A DNA stretch of 64,000 bases from Escherichia coli. Its GTDB lineage: Bacteria > Pseudomonadota > Gammaproteobacteria > Enterobacterales > Enterobacteriaceae. The stretch lies in the NCBI RefSeq assembly GCF_024700885.2, contig NZ_CP117016.1; one strand, written 5' to 3'. The notes below the pieces were generated by a model. The model saw nothing but the letters and a program-made list of their open reading frames with translations, was not told the DNA's origin and made no database searches. Made by a program: the position numbers and the translations under genes. This document shows, piece after piece, positions 52,069 to 63,068 of the stretch. Each line of letters opens with the position of its first letter. Within the stretch, counting starts at the first letter, position 1.

Positions 52069-53751
52069 TTAAACACCAGACATCATAACTTTAGTATTTT
52101 TTACTGCGTTATCATTCAATCGCTGCTGATCATCCATGTACCATACAGAACGAATCCAGCGATCATTTGGTTTATTCGGAAAAACGAACGCCTTATTACC
52201 TTTAGGACCAAAGCGATGGATAAAAATCTCTCCCGTTGTAGGATCCACCCATAAATTACCATCAGACTCAATATTCCAGTTAGCGGAACAATGGGTGTAT
52301 TTTCCGATAATATACAACTCTTCCTCAGTAAAAGCCTGAGGCTCTTGCCCCAAACGTACCGCTTTTCCCTGAGCAATGGCTTTGTCAGCAAGAAATATTA
52401 GTTCAGATGGAAGTTGTAACTCAGTATTTGTTTGTCGAATTGGTTCAAACAATACCCCTGCTTCCTGAGCAGCATCCAGCATCACACGCAGGCAAACATT
52501 AGCCCAGTCATTAGGTACTGCCATACGCTCAAAAAATACTGCGGCTCCCACCTGCTTTTGTATCACACCAGCCCGACGTTGATTGCTGTTGTTCACACCT
52601 ATGGAACGAATTTTGGTGGTTAGTTTTCCATGAGGCAAAATATGTTTTAAGGCTGGCAGAGTCATCAACATTTTTCTGACTTGCTCTGCTTTACGGTATA
52701 CTCGCGTATCCATTTCTCTGGTATCGTCACTGACAATTTCAAATTCCGGGCAACTCAGAAACAGACTTTCATTTTCCTGCAGAGGTGAACCTACCGGATT
52801 GTAACCACCTCCAATATCTGAATGCGCCCCCGGTAAAGCCAGTTCGGGCCACATACCTTTAATACTGTTCAGGCTGAAATTATATCGGTATTCATTCATT
52901 GCAGTAATCTGGAAAACTTTCTTCGCGACTGAAGGACGCAACTCCAGCTTTACTCCCGGGTTGCTACGTCCATTAATATCGAAGAAATTACTGATTCCAC
53001 CAATAGCTGCGACAGTATCAAAAAGCCCCAGAAAACGTACTTCACCAGAAGGTTTACCATCATAAAAATCGCCTCTGAGCCCTTTAGCAATAGCTCTGGC
53101 TATAGCAGGATCCTGTTCCATAACCCGATTGGCAAAGTGCCTTGCCGCCGCTGCTCCCCGGCTAAAACCAAAAACATCAAACTGGATTTTTGCGATACAA
53201 AAATCAGGACTTAAATTGAACCCCATAAATTCTGATAACGCCTGGGTGATTCGTTCCATTGCCTCGTCGGTTTTCGTCACCACACCTTCAAATATATCCA
53301 GAATACTGGTGCCTAATCCCATGCCTATGACTGAATCTGCTTCACCAGCCGCAGTCCCTATCCCGGAAATGTAAGTCTTAATTTGAGCTGACGTCTGGTC
53401 TTTTTTAAGTACCTGATCTGGATGATAGAGTATATTAAGCCAGTGAATATTGGAATAATATCCACGATAACTGCCATTCGAGATACTGTTCTTGTTAATT
53501 TCTTTAAGAAAGTCCTCACAGCTTTGTGCATCTTTTTGATTTACCCCCTGTCTGGCTGCACTACACTCATTAAATTTCATCAGGCGAGATGCTGTATTCT
53601 CCCGATTGTTTCCGGTACCATCGAAAAATATGCCAATAGTTAAAGTCACACCCCGCGCCGGTTTTTTCTTTGCAACAACAACTTTCCAGTCATTATGAAT
53701 ACTGGTTTTATGGGTGGCATCTGTTACGTCATATCCCTGATATTTTGTCAT
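52069..53751 (-). CDS. tle1: Tle1-family T6SS phospholipase effector (DUF2235)
   Basis: 560 aa; DUF2235 signature IGIFFDGTGNN and lipase GxSxG motif (GFSRG); start overlaps the vgrG stop. Confidence 0.75.
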   Translation of the reverse strand: MTKYQGYDVTDATHKTSIHNDWKVVVAKKKPARGVTLTIGIFFDGTGNNRENTASRLMKFNECSAARQGVNQKDAQSCEDFLKEINKNSISNGSYRGYYSNIHWLNILYHPDQVLKKDQTSAQIKTYISGIGTAAGEADSVIGMGLGTSILDIFEGVVTKTDEAMERITQALSEFMGFNLSPDFCIAKIQFDVFGFSRGAAAARHFANRVMEQDPAIARAIAKGLRGDFYDGKPSGEVRFLGLFDTVAAIGGISNFFDINGRSNPGVKLELRPSVAKKVFQITAMNEYRYNFSLNSIKGMWPELALPGAHSDIGGGYNPVGSPLQENESLFLSCPEFEIVSDDTREMDTRVYRKAEQVRKMLMTLPALKHILPHGKLTTKIRSIGVNNSNQRRAGVIQKQVGAAVFFERMAVPNDWANVCLRVMLDAAQEAGVLFEPIRQTNTELQLPSELIFLADKAIAQGKAVRLGQEPQAFTEEELYIIGKYTHCSANWNIESDGNLWVDPTTGEIFIHRFGPKGNKAFVFPNKPNDRWIRSVWYMDDQQRLNDNAVKNTKVMMSGV

Positions 53752-56273
53752 TCTGTTTCTCCATGAATTTTTACCTTCCCAAACTCAACTTTTACTACTG
53801 ACGGAATGGAGGTGTTGACTGGCGCTGTTTTACCATTTTCATCGGTGATCCCCTGTAGAATATCACCTTCAGCCGTTGTTAATCGATAAGGCGTCGAAGG
53901 TTGCGGCACTCCCGCTTCATCGGTAAGAATAAAACCGCCCCCAAACCCTCGCGGCATTTCAACAGACGCAATATCAAGACTTGTTGGTCCCATCTTCTGC
54001 ATATTCGTGCTTTTTAACAGAATCTGTCCCGGGCATCCCAGCTCAATATTTCCACCGCTTAGTTTGATATAAGCTCCACCACATGCCAGTATCAGTTCCT
54101 GATTAGCAGAAACAGTCACTTTGCCCTCAGAACTTTGAATATCAAGATTCTGTTGGGAACTCATTGACAAATCGTCACTTTGAGCCTGAATATTTACCCG
54201 CCCTTTTGCTGCTAACAGTTGCATCCCCTGGTTTCTGCTCAACAGGCTAACAGCACCTTCTGCTACAACTGTAAATGACTGCCCGGCAGTAATATCAGTG
54301 TTATCTCCCGACATTATGCCCACGCTTTCACTACCTGAAGCAATTCGTAACGCCCGCGCACTAACCATGCCAATCCCATCAGGAGCATGCAACAGCATTC
54401 CCGGCGCAGTGAGATCTGTTAGTGATGCATTCAACCGTTGCTGACAACTTATATCTCCCTGAGTAGCATTTGCAGCAGTTGCGGCCTTCGCCATACTTCG
54501 GGCCAGAGATAATGCCTGCTCCAATTGGCGGATAGCTTCATCCATATCCAGCATCTTTCCTTGTGCCTGAGGCTGCATATCTGCACTGATAAATATTCCT
54601 TTTCCTCCCCGGATACTTATCCAGTCATCAGTCCTCAGCTCAGCGCCTTCTCCCCTGAGTTCCCGGGAGGCATCAACGTTATGGCCAAGATTAAGTTGTG
54701 TCTTACCGCCATACTCGGTACTGAGCTTGATATGCTCCTCACCGCGTTTGTCCTCCATCCGCAACTTGTTATTTGCCGGCGTACGGATAACATTGCGCGT
54801 ACCGTTCTTATCGGTAACGTGATCAACATGACGTGAATCATGCAGGGCATGCGCTATATAGGGACGATCCGGATCACCTTCCTCAAAAGCAATGGCCACT
54901 TCCGTTCCCTGAATCAGCGGAAAATGAAAACCATAAGCATCACCACTGTAGGGTTTGGCCAGACGTACCGGCATACTTTCCTGTCCCGGATTTTTATCAT
55001 CACGGTCAGCATCAAATTTCACCCGGTACATGCCTGAAGCATCCTGCCAGGCGTAGATATCCCCTTCTTTTGCACTGGTCACACGGGCCGTCATGGTCCC
55101 GGTGATTTTCGGACGAGTAAGTAACGGTGGTCGCCAGCAGACAATCTCGCTGTAAGGAACAGCACTCAGCATCACCTGTAGCGCAGATTTCCGGCTACCG
55201 GTGAACAGAAGCTGCGTGAGCAGAACCGGCTCCTGTAACGGTGCAGGCAACACTGGTGGAGTACTGTCAGTAATAGTCAGCACCTGTGCCGGTAACAGAC
55301 TGGCATCGGTGCTTTTACCTGTGATACGTGTTTGCTCAGCCAGAAAACGCTCGTGATCGAGCCGGGCCCAGAAGTTAGCCGTCTCCGGCGCAGGGTCAAT
55401 TTTATCGCCCCTTTCTGTATGGCGTGGCCGGTAATGATAAACCTCGCCATAACTGGTGTCGTAACCTTCTCCACGGGTCATGTCCGCCGGTACGGACATC
55501 AGTATGTTCTGGGCCTCGCGGTGGTTATAGTCGTTCGTGATAACACGGCTTTCCACCACCCGGTGCTCCACATTCAATGCCCATACTGAGTCTGTGCCAC
55601 TGTCACTCATACCGGACGGGCTGTTAACGGGCAGTGTTTTATCAAATATCAACGCCGCCTGGACGTCACCGAAGTGGATCACCTCTGTCTGCGCATCCGG
55701 GTGCAACGTAAAGAAGTAAAAAATGCCCACTTCTGCCAGCAGGCGCTGGATAAATCTCAGATCGCTTTCCTGATACTGGTTAATCTGTTCGCGCTTCGGA
55801 TATGTCCTTTTGAGGCTGAACTCATACTCCCAGCCTTTCAGCCCGTGTTCCGTCAGGATTTGCTCCACCACCTCAGGCACTGATTTATTAACGAAAAAAC
55901 GGTGTGTACGGAACTGTTTATCCAGCAGGGAAATGAAAGGTTTAAGTGTGATCCGGTATTGTGCCTGGTCCTCAGAGCCAGAAATACGTCTGAAATCAGT
56001 AATAACACCGTGCACTTTTTTCTGTTCAGTCAGGCTTTCCAGTAATCCGGTTCCCATTATCAGGGTTGCGGATTTACGCAGGAACCAGGCAGCATCAGGA
56101 TACCTGTCCGTACTGGTAAAAATGATGTCATACCGGTAAATCTTACTTATGCCTTCAGTTCCGCTGAAATCTTCAACATCCAGCGATGACGGGCAGGAAG
56201 GTATATCCAGTCTGTAGCGGTTCAGGGTTCCCACCCCGGATAAAACATTTTGCAGGGAGTCAGTGAGATTCAT
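53748..56273 (-). CDS. vgrG: T6SS spike protein VgrG with C-terminal extension
   Basis: 841 aa; conserved YQESDLRFIQRLLAEVGIFYFF and an extended C-terminus of the kind used for effector docking. Confidence 0.9.
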   Translation of the reverse strand: MNLTDSLQNVLSGVGTLNRYRLDIPSCPSSLDVEDFSGTEGISKIYRYDIIFTSTDRYPDAAWFLRKSATLIMGTGLLESLTEQKKVHGVITDFRRISGSEDQAQYRITLKPFISLLDKQFRTHRFFVNKSVPEVVEQILTEHGLKGWEYEFSLKRTYPKREQINQYQESDLRFIQRLLAEVGIFYFFTLHPDAQTEVIHFGDVQAALIFDKTLPVNSPSGMSDSGTDSVWALNVEHRVVESRVITNDYNHREAQNILMSVPADMTRGEGYDTSYGEVYHYRPRHTERGDKIDPAPETANFWARLDHERFLAEQTRITGKSTDASLLPAQVLTITDSTPPVLPAPLQEPVLLTQLLFTGSRKSALQVMLSAVPYSEIVCWRPPLLTRPKITGTMTARVTSAKEGDIYAWQDASGMYRVKFDADRDDKNPGQESMPVRLAKPYSGDAYGFHFPLIQGTEVAIAFEEGDPDRPYIAHALHDSRHVDHVTDKNGTRNVIRTPANNKLRMEDKRGEEHIKLSTEYGGKTQLNLGHNVDASRELRGEGAELRTDDWISIRGGKGIFISADMQPQAQGKMLDMDEAIRQLEQALSLARSMAKAATAANATQGDISCQQRLNASLTDLTAPGMLLHAPDGIGMVSARALRIASGSESVGIMSGDNTDITAGQSFTVVAEGAVSLLSRNQGMQLLAAKGRVNIQAQSDDLSMSSQQNLDIQSSEGKVTVSANQELILACGGAYIKLSGGNIELGCPGQILLKSTNMQKMGPTSLDIASVEMPRGFGGGFILTDEAGVPQPSTPYRLTTAEGDILQGITDENGKTAPVNTSIPSVVKVEFGKVKIHGETE

Positions 56274-56802
56274 GATTTATCACTCCACGAACAGCTCTGA
56301 AAGGGTATTTGCAGGGACCATGACGTTCGCTCTGGTCAGTCTGAACATTACTGCTTTTCAGCTCACCGTATGGCCTCACGACCTCCATGTCATTAAGCGG
56401 GATATCGAAAATACACCCGTCGGCAATCTCTATGCCGGCAACCATGATGCGCGGTGTGTCCTTATCGCACTCAGAGTGCAGAACAGACCTGACAATGAAC
56501 TGGCCTTTATCAGGAAAAAGACAGAATGAAGGCGGAATGCACAGCTGGCCGTTCACGATACGAAGCGAGGGTTCAGATGTAATTTGCCGCTCCCTGAATC
56601 GGGTTCCCCGTGGAGCGATGGAAACGCTGACTGGCTGGTAGTCCTCTGGCTCCGGGACACTGAAACACACATTGTCGCCTCTTGTGCTGACCGTTACTGT
56701 TTCATCAAACCGATAATAATCCCCGCGTCCGGGGCATCCTGTCAGTAACGTCAGACAGAGCAGTAAAGCAGAACGATAACGAAAGGCTCTTATTTTTACC
56801 AT
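56260..56802 (-). CDS. Lipoprotein of unknown function (180 aa)
   Basis: Signal peptide with lipobox (LTLLTGC); several Cys; between the HExxH protein gene and vgrG. Confidence 0.45.
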   Translation of the reverse strand: MVKIRAFRYRSALLLCLTLLTGCPGRGDYYRFDETVTVSTRGDNVCFSVPEPEDYQPVSVSIAPRGTRFRERQITSEPSLRIVNGQLCIPPSFCLFPDKGQFIVRSVLHSECDKDTPRIMVAGIEIADGCIFDIPLNDMEVVRPYGELKSSNVQTDQSERHGPCKYPFRAVRGVINHESH

Positions 56803-57371
56803 GGGAACCCCCGCAACGTGCTGGTATACAGGCTGCGAATAACATACTCAGACATATTTCCGTCCAGTGTGATATCACCGTCCCTTCTCATATCACACCA
56901 TGTCCCGTATCCTTCAGCCTGCAAAGTAAAATGATCAGCAATAATTTGTGCCTGCTGCTCCATGGGATATTCGCTTAACAGACGCCCGTCCAGAACATAA
57001 CGGTAATTCACCGCCCAACTGAACATCCCCCGACCGATGACATTCATTCCCTTTTCACGCTGCCAGACATGCGCCATTTCATGAATAAACATATGCTGAT
57101 AAAAGGGAACGCTGAGTGAATAATCATCCCGATAGTGCTCACGGAAATAAATCTTACCATCGGGGGGCATGGCAGTTTGCTTATTCTGAAGACCAAAAGG
57201 CAGAAAACTGTCATGGTGGATCCAGACCTTTTCATAAGGGATTGTCAACCTGAATACCAGCCTCGCCAGCGCAATCTCTCCCGGCGTCAGTAACCGCAAT
57301 GAGCCTTCTTCCCTTTGATTTTTACCTGCGCCAGCGTCCTGATTTCTGCCATAGCCTGTCATAACGCGCAT
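56796..57371 (-). CDS. HExxH-motif protein (putative zinc metallopeptidase-like), 191 aa
   Basis: HEMAHVWQ motif; located between clpV and the lipoprotein gene. Confidence 0.45.
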   Translation of the reverse strand: MRVMTGYGRNQDAGAGKNQREEGSLRLLTPGEIALARLVFRLTIPYEKVWIHHDSFLPFGLQNKQTAMPPDGKIYFREHYRDDYSLSVPFYQHMFIHEMAHVWQREKGMNVIGRGMFSWAVNYRYVLDGRLLSEYPMEQQAQIIADHFTLQAEGYGTWCDMRRDGDITLDGNMSEYVIRSLYTSTLRGFPW

Positions 57372-60025
57372 TCCTGCCGCAGCTCAATCACCATACCGTC
57401 TTCGTCACTCCATGCCAGAGCCAGCGCCTGCGGTTTCTGCTTCGCGGCCATATGGCTCAGCAACTGCCGGCTCAGTACCGGCAGCAGTTGCTGGTTCAGC
57501 AGACTCTCCACATTCCGGGCGCCCGTATCCGGCAGCAGGCAGGCGGATGTCAGGGCATCGTACACACGTTCATCAACCGATGTGCTCAGCCCATAATGGC
57601 AGTGCAGGCGTTCGCAGACCTGTGCAAGCTTCATCTCCACAATGGTGCGCATAGCAGACGGTGTCAGCGGACGGTAAATCACGGTCTGGAAACGGGCAAG
57701 CAGTGCTGGCTGGAAGTGGTCGCGCAGCAGTGGACGGATAAGCTCATGCAGCTCCGATTCCGTTGTCTCCGGCTTTTCGCTCAGTTGCTGCATCAGAAGG
57801 TCACTGCCCAGATTGGAGGTCATCAGAATGACCGTATTACGGAAGTCAATTTCACGCCCCTCACCGTCGCGCATAAAGCCCCGGTCAAACACCTGGTAGA
57901 ACAGATTCAGCACATCCCGGTGGGCCTTTTCCACTTCATCCAGCAGCACCACGCTGTAAGGGCGCTTACGTACAGCTTCCGTCAGAATACCCCCCTGACC
58001 GTATCCCACGTACCCGGGCGGTGAACCCTTAAGCTGGGAAACCGTATGGGGCTCCTGATATTCCGACAGATTGATGGTAATCAGTGATTTTTCGCCGCCG
58101 TACATCACATCTGCCAGCGCCAGTGCCGTTTCGGTTTTTCCCACACCACTGGGGCCGACCAGCAGGAACACCTCCTGGGGGCCGTTACCAGATGTCAGAC
58201 CCGTTTTCGCCGCACGCAGACGCTGTGCAATGGATTCCAGTGCCACGTCCTGTCCGACCACCCGTCTGCCGATATCCTTTTCCAGATGCAGCAGTTCCGT
58301 CTGTTCATCCTTCATCAGTGAGGATAACGGCACTCCGGTCCAGTCCGCGACCACACCGGCAACGGTGCGTACGTCAACATCCACACTGAGCAGGGGCTGA
58401 TTCTGCTGAATGTCGTGCAGTGCCTGCTGCAGGTGATGTGTCTCACTCTGGCGGGAAATATCGCTGCGGCTTTCAAGTAACTCACCGGTGAGTTCGCACT
58501 CACGGGCGTACTGCTGCTCCAGGTCATCACGTGCTGTCATCAGCACGTTCTCTTCCTGCTCAATGGCAGACAGGCGTTCGCCGTGATTCTGATGACCAAC
58601 GGCAATATCTTCCAGCAGTGCCTGTTTTTCCATACCGAGGGAAGCGAGCTGTGAACGGATTCGGGTCAGCTGTTCCGGCACCGTGTCGAGGCTCATCCGC
58701 ACACGGGCAGCAGCAGTATCAAGCAGGTCAACGGCCTTGTCCGGTAACTGACGTTCTGTCAGATAACGGCGCGAGAGTGTGACGGCAGCACGTACTGCCT
58801 CATCGGTGATATGCACGTTATGATGTTCCGCATAACGGGATTTCAGGGAGCGCAGCATCAGACAGGCCGTCTCATCATCCGGCTCGTCCACTTTGACCAT
58901 CTGAAAACGCCGCTCCAGAGCCGCGTCACGTTCCAGGTATTGTTTGTACTCAGACCAGGTGGTGGCAGCAATGGTGCGCAGTTCGCCTCGCGCCAGCGCA
59001 GGCTTCAGCAGGTTGGCCGCATCCGCGCCACCGGCCTGATTACCGGCACCGATAAGGGTATGGGCTTCATCTATAAACAGCAGTACAGGAGCCGGTGACA
59101 GCTGCACGGCATCAATCACGTTTTTCAGACGCTGTTCAAATTCACCTTTCACGCCGGCACCGGCCTGCAGCAGGCCGAGGTCAAGGGTGCGCAGGGTGAC
59201 GGGTCTGAGAGATTCTGGTACGTTACCTTCCACAATACGCAGGGCGAGCCCTTCCACCAGAGCCGTTTTCCCCACACCGGGGTCCCCCACCAGAATCGGG
59301 TTATTCTTGCGACGGCGGGAGAGAATATCCACCATCTGACGGATTTCCGTATCGCGTCCCGATACCGGGTCAATTTTCCCCTCTCTCGCGCTGGCCGTGA
59401 TGTCCCGGGTGAATTTATCCAGCGCACCCTGTAACACCGGCGGCAGGTCACCTGACGGTATACCTGCCGTATCCGCACCGACAGGGCGCCCGATAAAGGT
59501 CACACTGTCTCCCTGAGGCAGCACAGGCTCTGCATCCTGTAACGTCTCCGGACACTCATCAGACTGCGCATCCAGCAGCGGGGACAGACGCTGCAACTGG
59601 CTCTGACTCAGTGTCAGCAGAGGCCACAGCCCGTCACAGCGAACCAGGTGCGGATTTTCCGTCAGGGCACCCAGCAGATGCACGCTGCGGATATGTTCTT
59701 CTCCCTGTAATGAGGCCACCATCCAGGCCTGTTTCAGCAGAGCATTCAGGGACTGCGCAAGCTGCGGGCGACTGCGTACGCTACGGGGCTGGTTATCCAG
59801 CCAGCCGAGCAGCGACTGCCATATCGCGTCCATATCCCAGTCATAACGCCTGCCCAGCACGGTAAGGTCTCCTTCCCCCTGCTCCAGCAGTTTCAGTAAC
59901 CAGTGCTCCGGGGTGATTTCCGCATGGGCCCGGGTCTGGCAAAGGGAGGCTGCGCCTTCCAGTGCACGGGCACAGTAATGATTAAGACGACGTAACAGGG
60001 CTGCCGAATTTTCCATGTTATTCAC
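57359..60025 (-). CDS. clpV: T6SS AAA+ ATPase ClpV (TssH)
   Basis: 888 aa; Walker A motifs GDPGVGKTA and GPSGVGKTE; Clp-N-like N-terminus. Confidence 0.9.
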   Translation of the reverse strand: MNNMENSAALLRRLNHYCARALEGAASLCQTRAHAEITPEHWLLKLLEQGEGDLTVLGRRYDWDMDAIWQSLLGWLDNQPRSVRSRPQLAQSLNALLKQAWMVASLQGEEHIRSVHLLGALTENPHLVRCDGLWPLLTLSQSQLQRLSPLLDAQSDECPETLQDAEPVLPQGDSVTFIGRPVGADTAGIPSGDLPPVLQGALDKFTRDITASAREGKIDPVSGRDTEIRQMVDILSRRRKNNPILVGDPGVGKTALVEGLALRIVEGNVPESLRPVTLRTLDLGLLQAGAGVKGEFEQRLKNVIDAVQLSPAPVLLFIDEAHTLIGAGNQAGGADAANLLKPALARGELRTIAATTWSEYKQYLERDAALERRFQMVKVDEPDDETACLMLRSLKSRYAEHHNVHITDEAVRAAVTLSRRYLTERQLPDKAVDLLDTAAARVRMSLDTVPEQLTRIRSQLASLGMEKQALLEDIAVGHQNHGERLSAIEQEENVLMTARDDLEQQYARECELTGELLESRSDISRQSETHHLQQALHDIQQNQPLLSVDVDVRTVAGVVADWTGVPLSSLMKDEQTELLHLEKDIGRRVVGQDVALESIAQRLRAAKTGLTSGNGPQEVFLLVGPSGVGKTETALALADVMYGGEKSLITINLSEYQEPHTVSQLKGSPPGYVGYGQGGILTEAVRKRPYSVVLLDEVEKAHRDVLNLFYQVFDRGFMRDGEGREIDFRNTVILMTSNLGSDLLMQQLSEKPETTESELHELIRPLLRDHFQPALLARFQTVIYRPLTPSAMRTIVEMKLAQVCERLHCHYGLSTSVDERVYDALTSACLLPDTGARNVESLLNQQLLPVLSRQLLSHMAAKQKPQALALAWSDEDGMVIELRQECAL

Positions 60026-60140
60026 TCACTGTCAGGAGACCGTCAGGCACGCTACCGCCCTTCGCCGTAACCCAGGCGCATCAGGTCTGTGTTCAGGATT
60101 GAGAATTCTTTCTTCAGCACCCGCCAACAGATGCTGAAGA

Positions 60141-60177
60141 AAAAATAAAAATGACGGACAGGATGCCCTGTCCGTCC
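60141..60177 (-). terminator. Rho-independent terminator downstream of hcp
   Basis: On the minus strand GACGGACAG-GGCATC-CTGTCCGTC forms a perfect 9-bp stem followed by ATTTTTATTTTTT, starting 8 nt after the hcp stop. Confidence 0.6.
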
Positions 60178-60184
60178 GGCAGAA

Positions 60185-60676
60185 TTACGCGGTGGTACGC
60201 TCACTCCATGCGTCGGAATGAATGATGTTGCCGTCCTTGTAAGTCCAGGTGATTTTCTCGTAGCGCAGTTCCACCTGCTCAAGGTGGTTATGCTTCTCGT
60301 AAGCGGGATTCTTGATGTCGTGCATGACCGGGTTAACCTTCACCACCTTCACGTTCTCAAGCTTCGTATTGAAATACTCCACCTCCTGACCGGCATCATT
60401 GATTTTGTACCACTTAAACTCAGCAGACTTCAGGGTCTGCCCGGTGGTCACGGCCTTGTAAAGGTACGGGCTGGAAGAATCAATTTCCTTGGTAAACAGA
60501 AACGGCGTGTGAATACGGGTACCGGTCAGCTTACCGGTATTGTTATCCGTCGGGATGTAGAGGCAGTGCTCCTGAGCCACCACCTCAATGCTGCCCTCAC
60601 GGTCCTGAACATCCACGGACCCTTTGATATCTGCACCGCCATCATCTTTCAGCCACAGATAAACTGGAATTGCCAT
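60185..60676 (-). CDS. hcp: Hcp (TssD) tube protein
   Basis: 163 aa; canonical Hcp N-terminus MAIPVYLWLKDDGG and size. Confidence 0.9.
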   Translation of the reverse strand: MAIPVYLWLKDDGGADIKGSVDVQDREGSIEVVAQEHCLYIPTDNNTGKLTGTRIHTPFLFTKEIDSSSPYLYKAVTTGQTLKSAEFKWYKINDAGQEVEYFNTKLENVKVVKVNPVMHDIKNPAYEKHNHLEQVELRYEKITWTYKDGNIIHSDAWSERTTA

Positions 60677-60681
60677 AAAAA

Positions 60682-62412
60682 TTACTCCGTTATGTTTTCT
60701 GATGCGCCCTCTTCCGGCGCAGGGGAAACGTCCGGCAGACGACAGGCATCGGCCTGCGGTACCAGACTGATTTCAACACGGCGGTTACGCGCACGGCCTT
60801 CCGCCGTGTCATTCGGGGCCACAGGGCGGCTTTCACCGTATCCCTGTACGGCAAAACAGCTTTGGGGAATATCGCCGGTATCCCGCATCCAGTCGCGAAC
60901 GGCCTCTGCACGCTTCAGGGACAAGGCCTGGTTGCGCAGCGGGTCACCGGTATTATCCGTGTGACCACTGACCACAATCAGCCAGCCTGCTTTTGCCTTA
61001 ATATCCACCAGGGCATTCACCAGCCATTTTGTGGCGCCCGGCTTCAGCGTCCATTTACCGGCATCAAACAGTGCCAGGCTGTTAAGGCGAACCGTTTTCG
61101 GCGTCTGAGTAACTTTCTGTATCACCGGACGGGGAGGCCGTGGTGCAACCCACTCACCAGTCGCACGCTCAACCGGCGGTATCAGCCACATTCCCTGATA
61201 CAATCCCAGTCCGTAACGCTGTGGCACACCACGTTGCTGCCAGTCGTTCAGTAACTGGCTGTCAGCCTGAAGACGTTGCAGTGCTGTTGTTTTCGATTCA
61301 GATGAATATCCGCGCATCCGGTGCCAGGCCGTCAGGTGTTCCCCCACGCTGCGAACCAGCCGCTGGTTATTCATAAAAGACGCCAGCATAGCCAGCAGAA
61401 GAAAAACACCGACAATCGCCCCCGTCTGGCGACAAAGTCTGTGCCAGTGACTGAGTCCACGATGACGGGGAATACCGGACAGCAGAATATCCGGCAACGG
61501 CAATACCTGTGATGACACGCCGGCAGGCGGTGGCAATGCAGTGAGGGACGTCAGTTGTTGTTGCCAGAGATTACCGGGGCGGGCCGCAACCGACGTCAGA
61601 CAGAATCCAACGGCAACCGGCCGGAAATAAAAGTGCTCCTGCCGGCAAATAGCTGTCAGGGCATCAGTAACCCGGTTGTACCAGGACAACATGGCATTCA
61701 GCCATAACAGTTCACTGACGCACCGGAGCCTGGACGCTGCATCACACGCCTGCAGCCATTCCTCTGCCGGAATTGCTCCGGCTTCCGTCAGGCGTATATG
61801 CATTCCCGGCAGGTCCGGTGTCAGTGTAAACCAGTGTGTAGAGTGCTTATTTAAGGATGTGTTTTGTGGTGACGGCTCTGAAACCATCAATGTAACCAGC
61901 ACCGGTGGCGTGGTATTCAGCCACTGCCGGCACTGCATGACTGCACGCTGCCAGTTCCGCAACCACGACAGGAAAGCTTCATCTGAGGTATGCTGCTCCG
62001 GTAAAAGTCCCAGCATGACCACGACCTGGCCACACAGGGCCGGACGGCTGTACGACAACCGTTCTGCCAGTATTCTCATCTGCTCCGGCGTATCCACACG
62101 AAGATACCATCCCGATGCTGTTTCCCGGTATGCCTGACCGGGTTCGAACCACGCATCTGAGTTTCCGGCAACAAGCAGCACATGTCCCTGAAAATACTCA
62201 GGCGGCAGACCGTCATCGCCGGCCTTCTCCGGGATATCACGACGGGAAGACAGACAACGCCACTGGTACCACAGCACAAGCCCCGCCGCCACAACTGAAA
62301 CCAGGGTCAGTATTATCTGGTTTACTGCAGACAGCGGCAGGAATCCCGAAATCAGCCACAGTGTCAGGAACAGACTCAGTATTGTCAGCCAGAGACGGGA
62401 ACGTACGTGCAT
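60682..62412 (-). CDS. tagL: TagL-like inner-membrane protein with C-terminal OmpA-family peptidoglycan-binding domain
   Basis: Probable start at MHVRSRLWL; N-terminal TM helices; C-terminal OmpA-like motif (VSGHTDNTGDPLRNQALSLKRAEAV...RRVEI); directly downstream of tssL. Confidence 0.7.
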   Translation of the reverse strand: MHVRSRLWLTILSLFLTLWLISGFLPLSAVNQIILTLVSVVAAGLVLWYQWRCLSSRRDIPEKAGDDGLPPEYFQGHVLLVAGNSDAWFEPGQAYRETASGWYLRVDTPEQMRILAERLSYSRPALCGQVVVMLGLLPEQHTSDEAFLSWLRNWQRAVMQCRQWLNTTPPVLVTLMVSEPSPQNTSLNKHSTHWFTLTPDLPGMHIRLTEAGAIPAEEWLQACDAASRLRCVSELLWLNAMLSWYNRVTDALTAICRQEHFYFRPVAVGFCLTSVAARPGNLWQQQLTSLTALPPPAGVSSQVLPLPDILLSGIPRHRGLSHWHRLCRQTGAIVGVFLLLAMLASFMNNQRLVRSVGEHLTAWHRMRGYSSESKTTALQRLQADSQLLNDWQQRGVPQRYGLGLYQGMWLIPPVERATGEWVAPRPPRPVIQKVTQTPKTVRLNSLALFDAGKWTLKPGATKWLVNALVDIKAKAGWLIVVSGHTDNTGDPLRNQALSLKRAEAVRDWMRDTGDIPQSCFAVQGYGESRPVAPNDTAEGRARNRRVEISLVPQADACRLPDVSPAPEEGASENITE

Positions 62413-62414
62413 GG

Positions 62415-63068
62415 TTATCCCTGCCCGGTAAGCCGTGCCACCTGGTCTGCAAGCACAGAAGAAAGCACACACCAGAGACCAGCCAGCGTCACAATACCCG
62501 CCCCCCATGACAACCAGTACATCGTTCTGCCAGCACGGTAACCCGGTGCACGCACCACCACCGGCGCATCCTGTGCGAAAGTAAATGCAGGAACACGCGC
62601 TGTCAGTGCGCGTATTACATCTTCGCGACGCTCATCATCCTGCGACCGGTACTGACCGGTAAAACCGAGCTGAAGCGTACGGCAGAGGCATGTCAGTACC
62701 GCCACATCCGGCGCTGGTAATTTCAGTTGTTCACGAATACGCTCCCAGAGCTCTTCACCGGCATTGAGCGTACCAAAAAAATGAGCCTGCAGCGGGTCCT
62801 GCTGCCAGGTGCGCCAGCCATCGTCTGTTTTTTCGCGGTTCAGTACACTCTCGTCCAGCAGGGCGCAGAAGGCATACAACATGATGTCACTGCTTTTCTG
62901 ACTGAATCCTGCTTCGGCCAGCTCTTCACGCGCCTGTTTCACCAGCTGACAGGCACGGCGATACAGGGCCTTACCATCCTCAACCGGTTGCCCGCTGCGC
63001 AGCTGGCTGACCATCAGCCAGCCGGGATAAAAAATCTGTTCAGCCCGGGAGATAACAGGTTTATTCAT
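62415..63068 (-). CDS. tssL: T6SS membrane-complex subunit TssL (DotU-like)
   Basis: Probable start at MNKPVIS (internal to the track ORF); DotU-like core and C-terminal TM helix (WLSWGAGIVTLAGLWCVLSSVL). Confidence 0.75.
   Translation of the reverse strand: MNKPVISRAEQIFYPGWLMVSQLRSGQPVEDGKALYRRACQLVKQAREELAEAGFSQKSSDIMLYAFCALLDESVLNREKTDDGWRTWQQDPLQAHFFGTLNAGEELWERIREQLKLPAPDVAVLTCLCRTLQLGFTGQYRSQDDERREDVIRALTARVPAFTFAQDAPVVVRAPGYRAGRTMYWLSWGAGIVTLAGLWCVLSSVLADQVARLTGQG

Noticed and set aside
60218-60964. 248-aa plus-strand ORF spanning hcp and the start of tagL
   Set aside because: It is antisense to the canonical hcp gene and crosses the hcp terminator; not a plausible gene.
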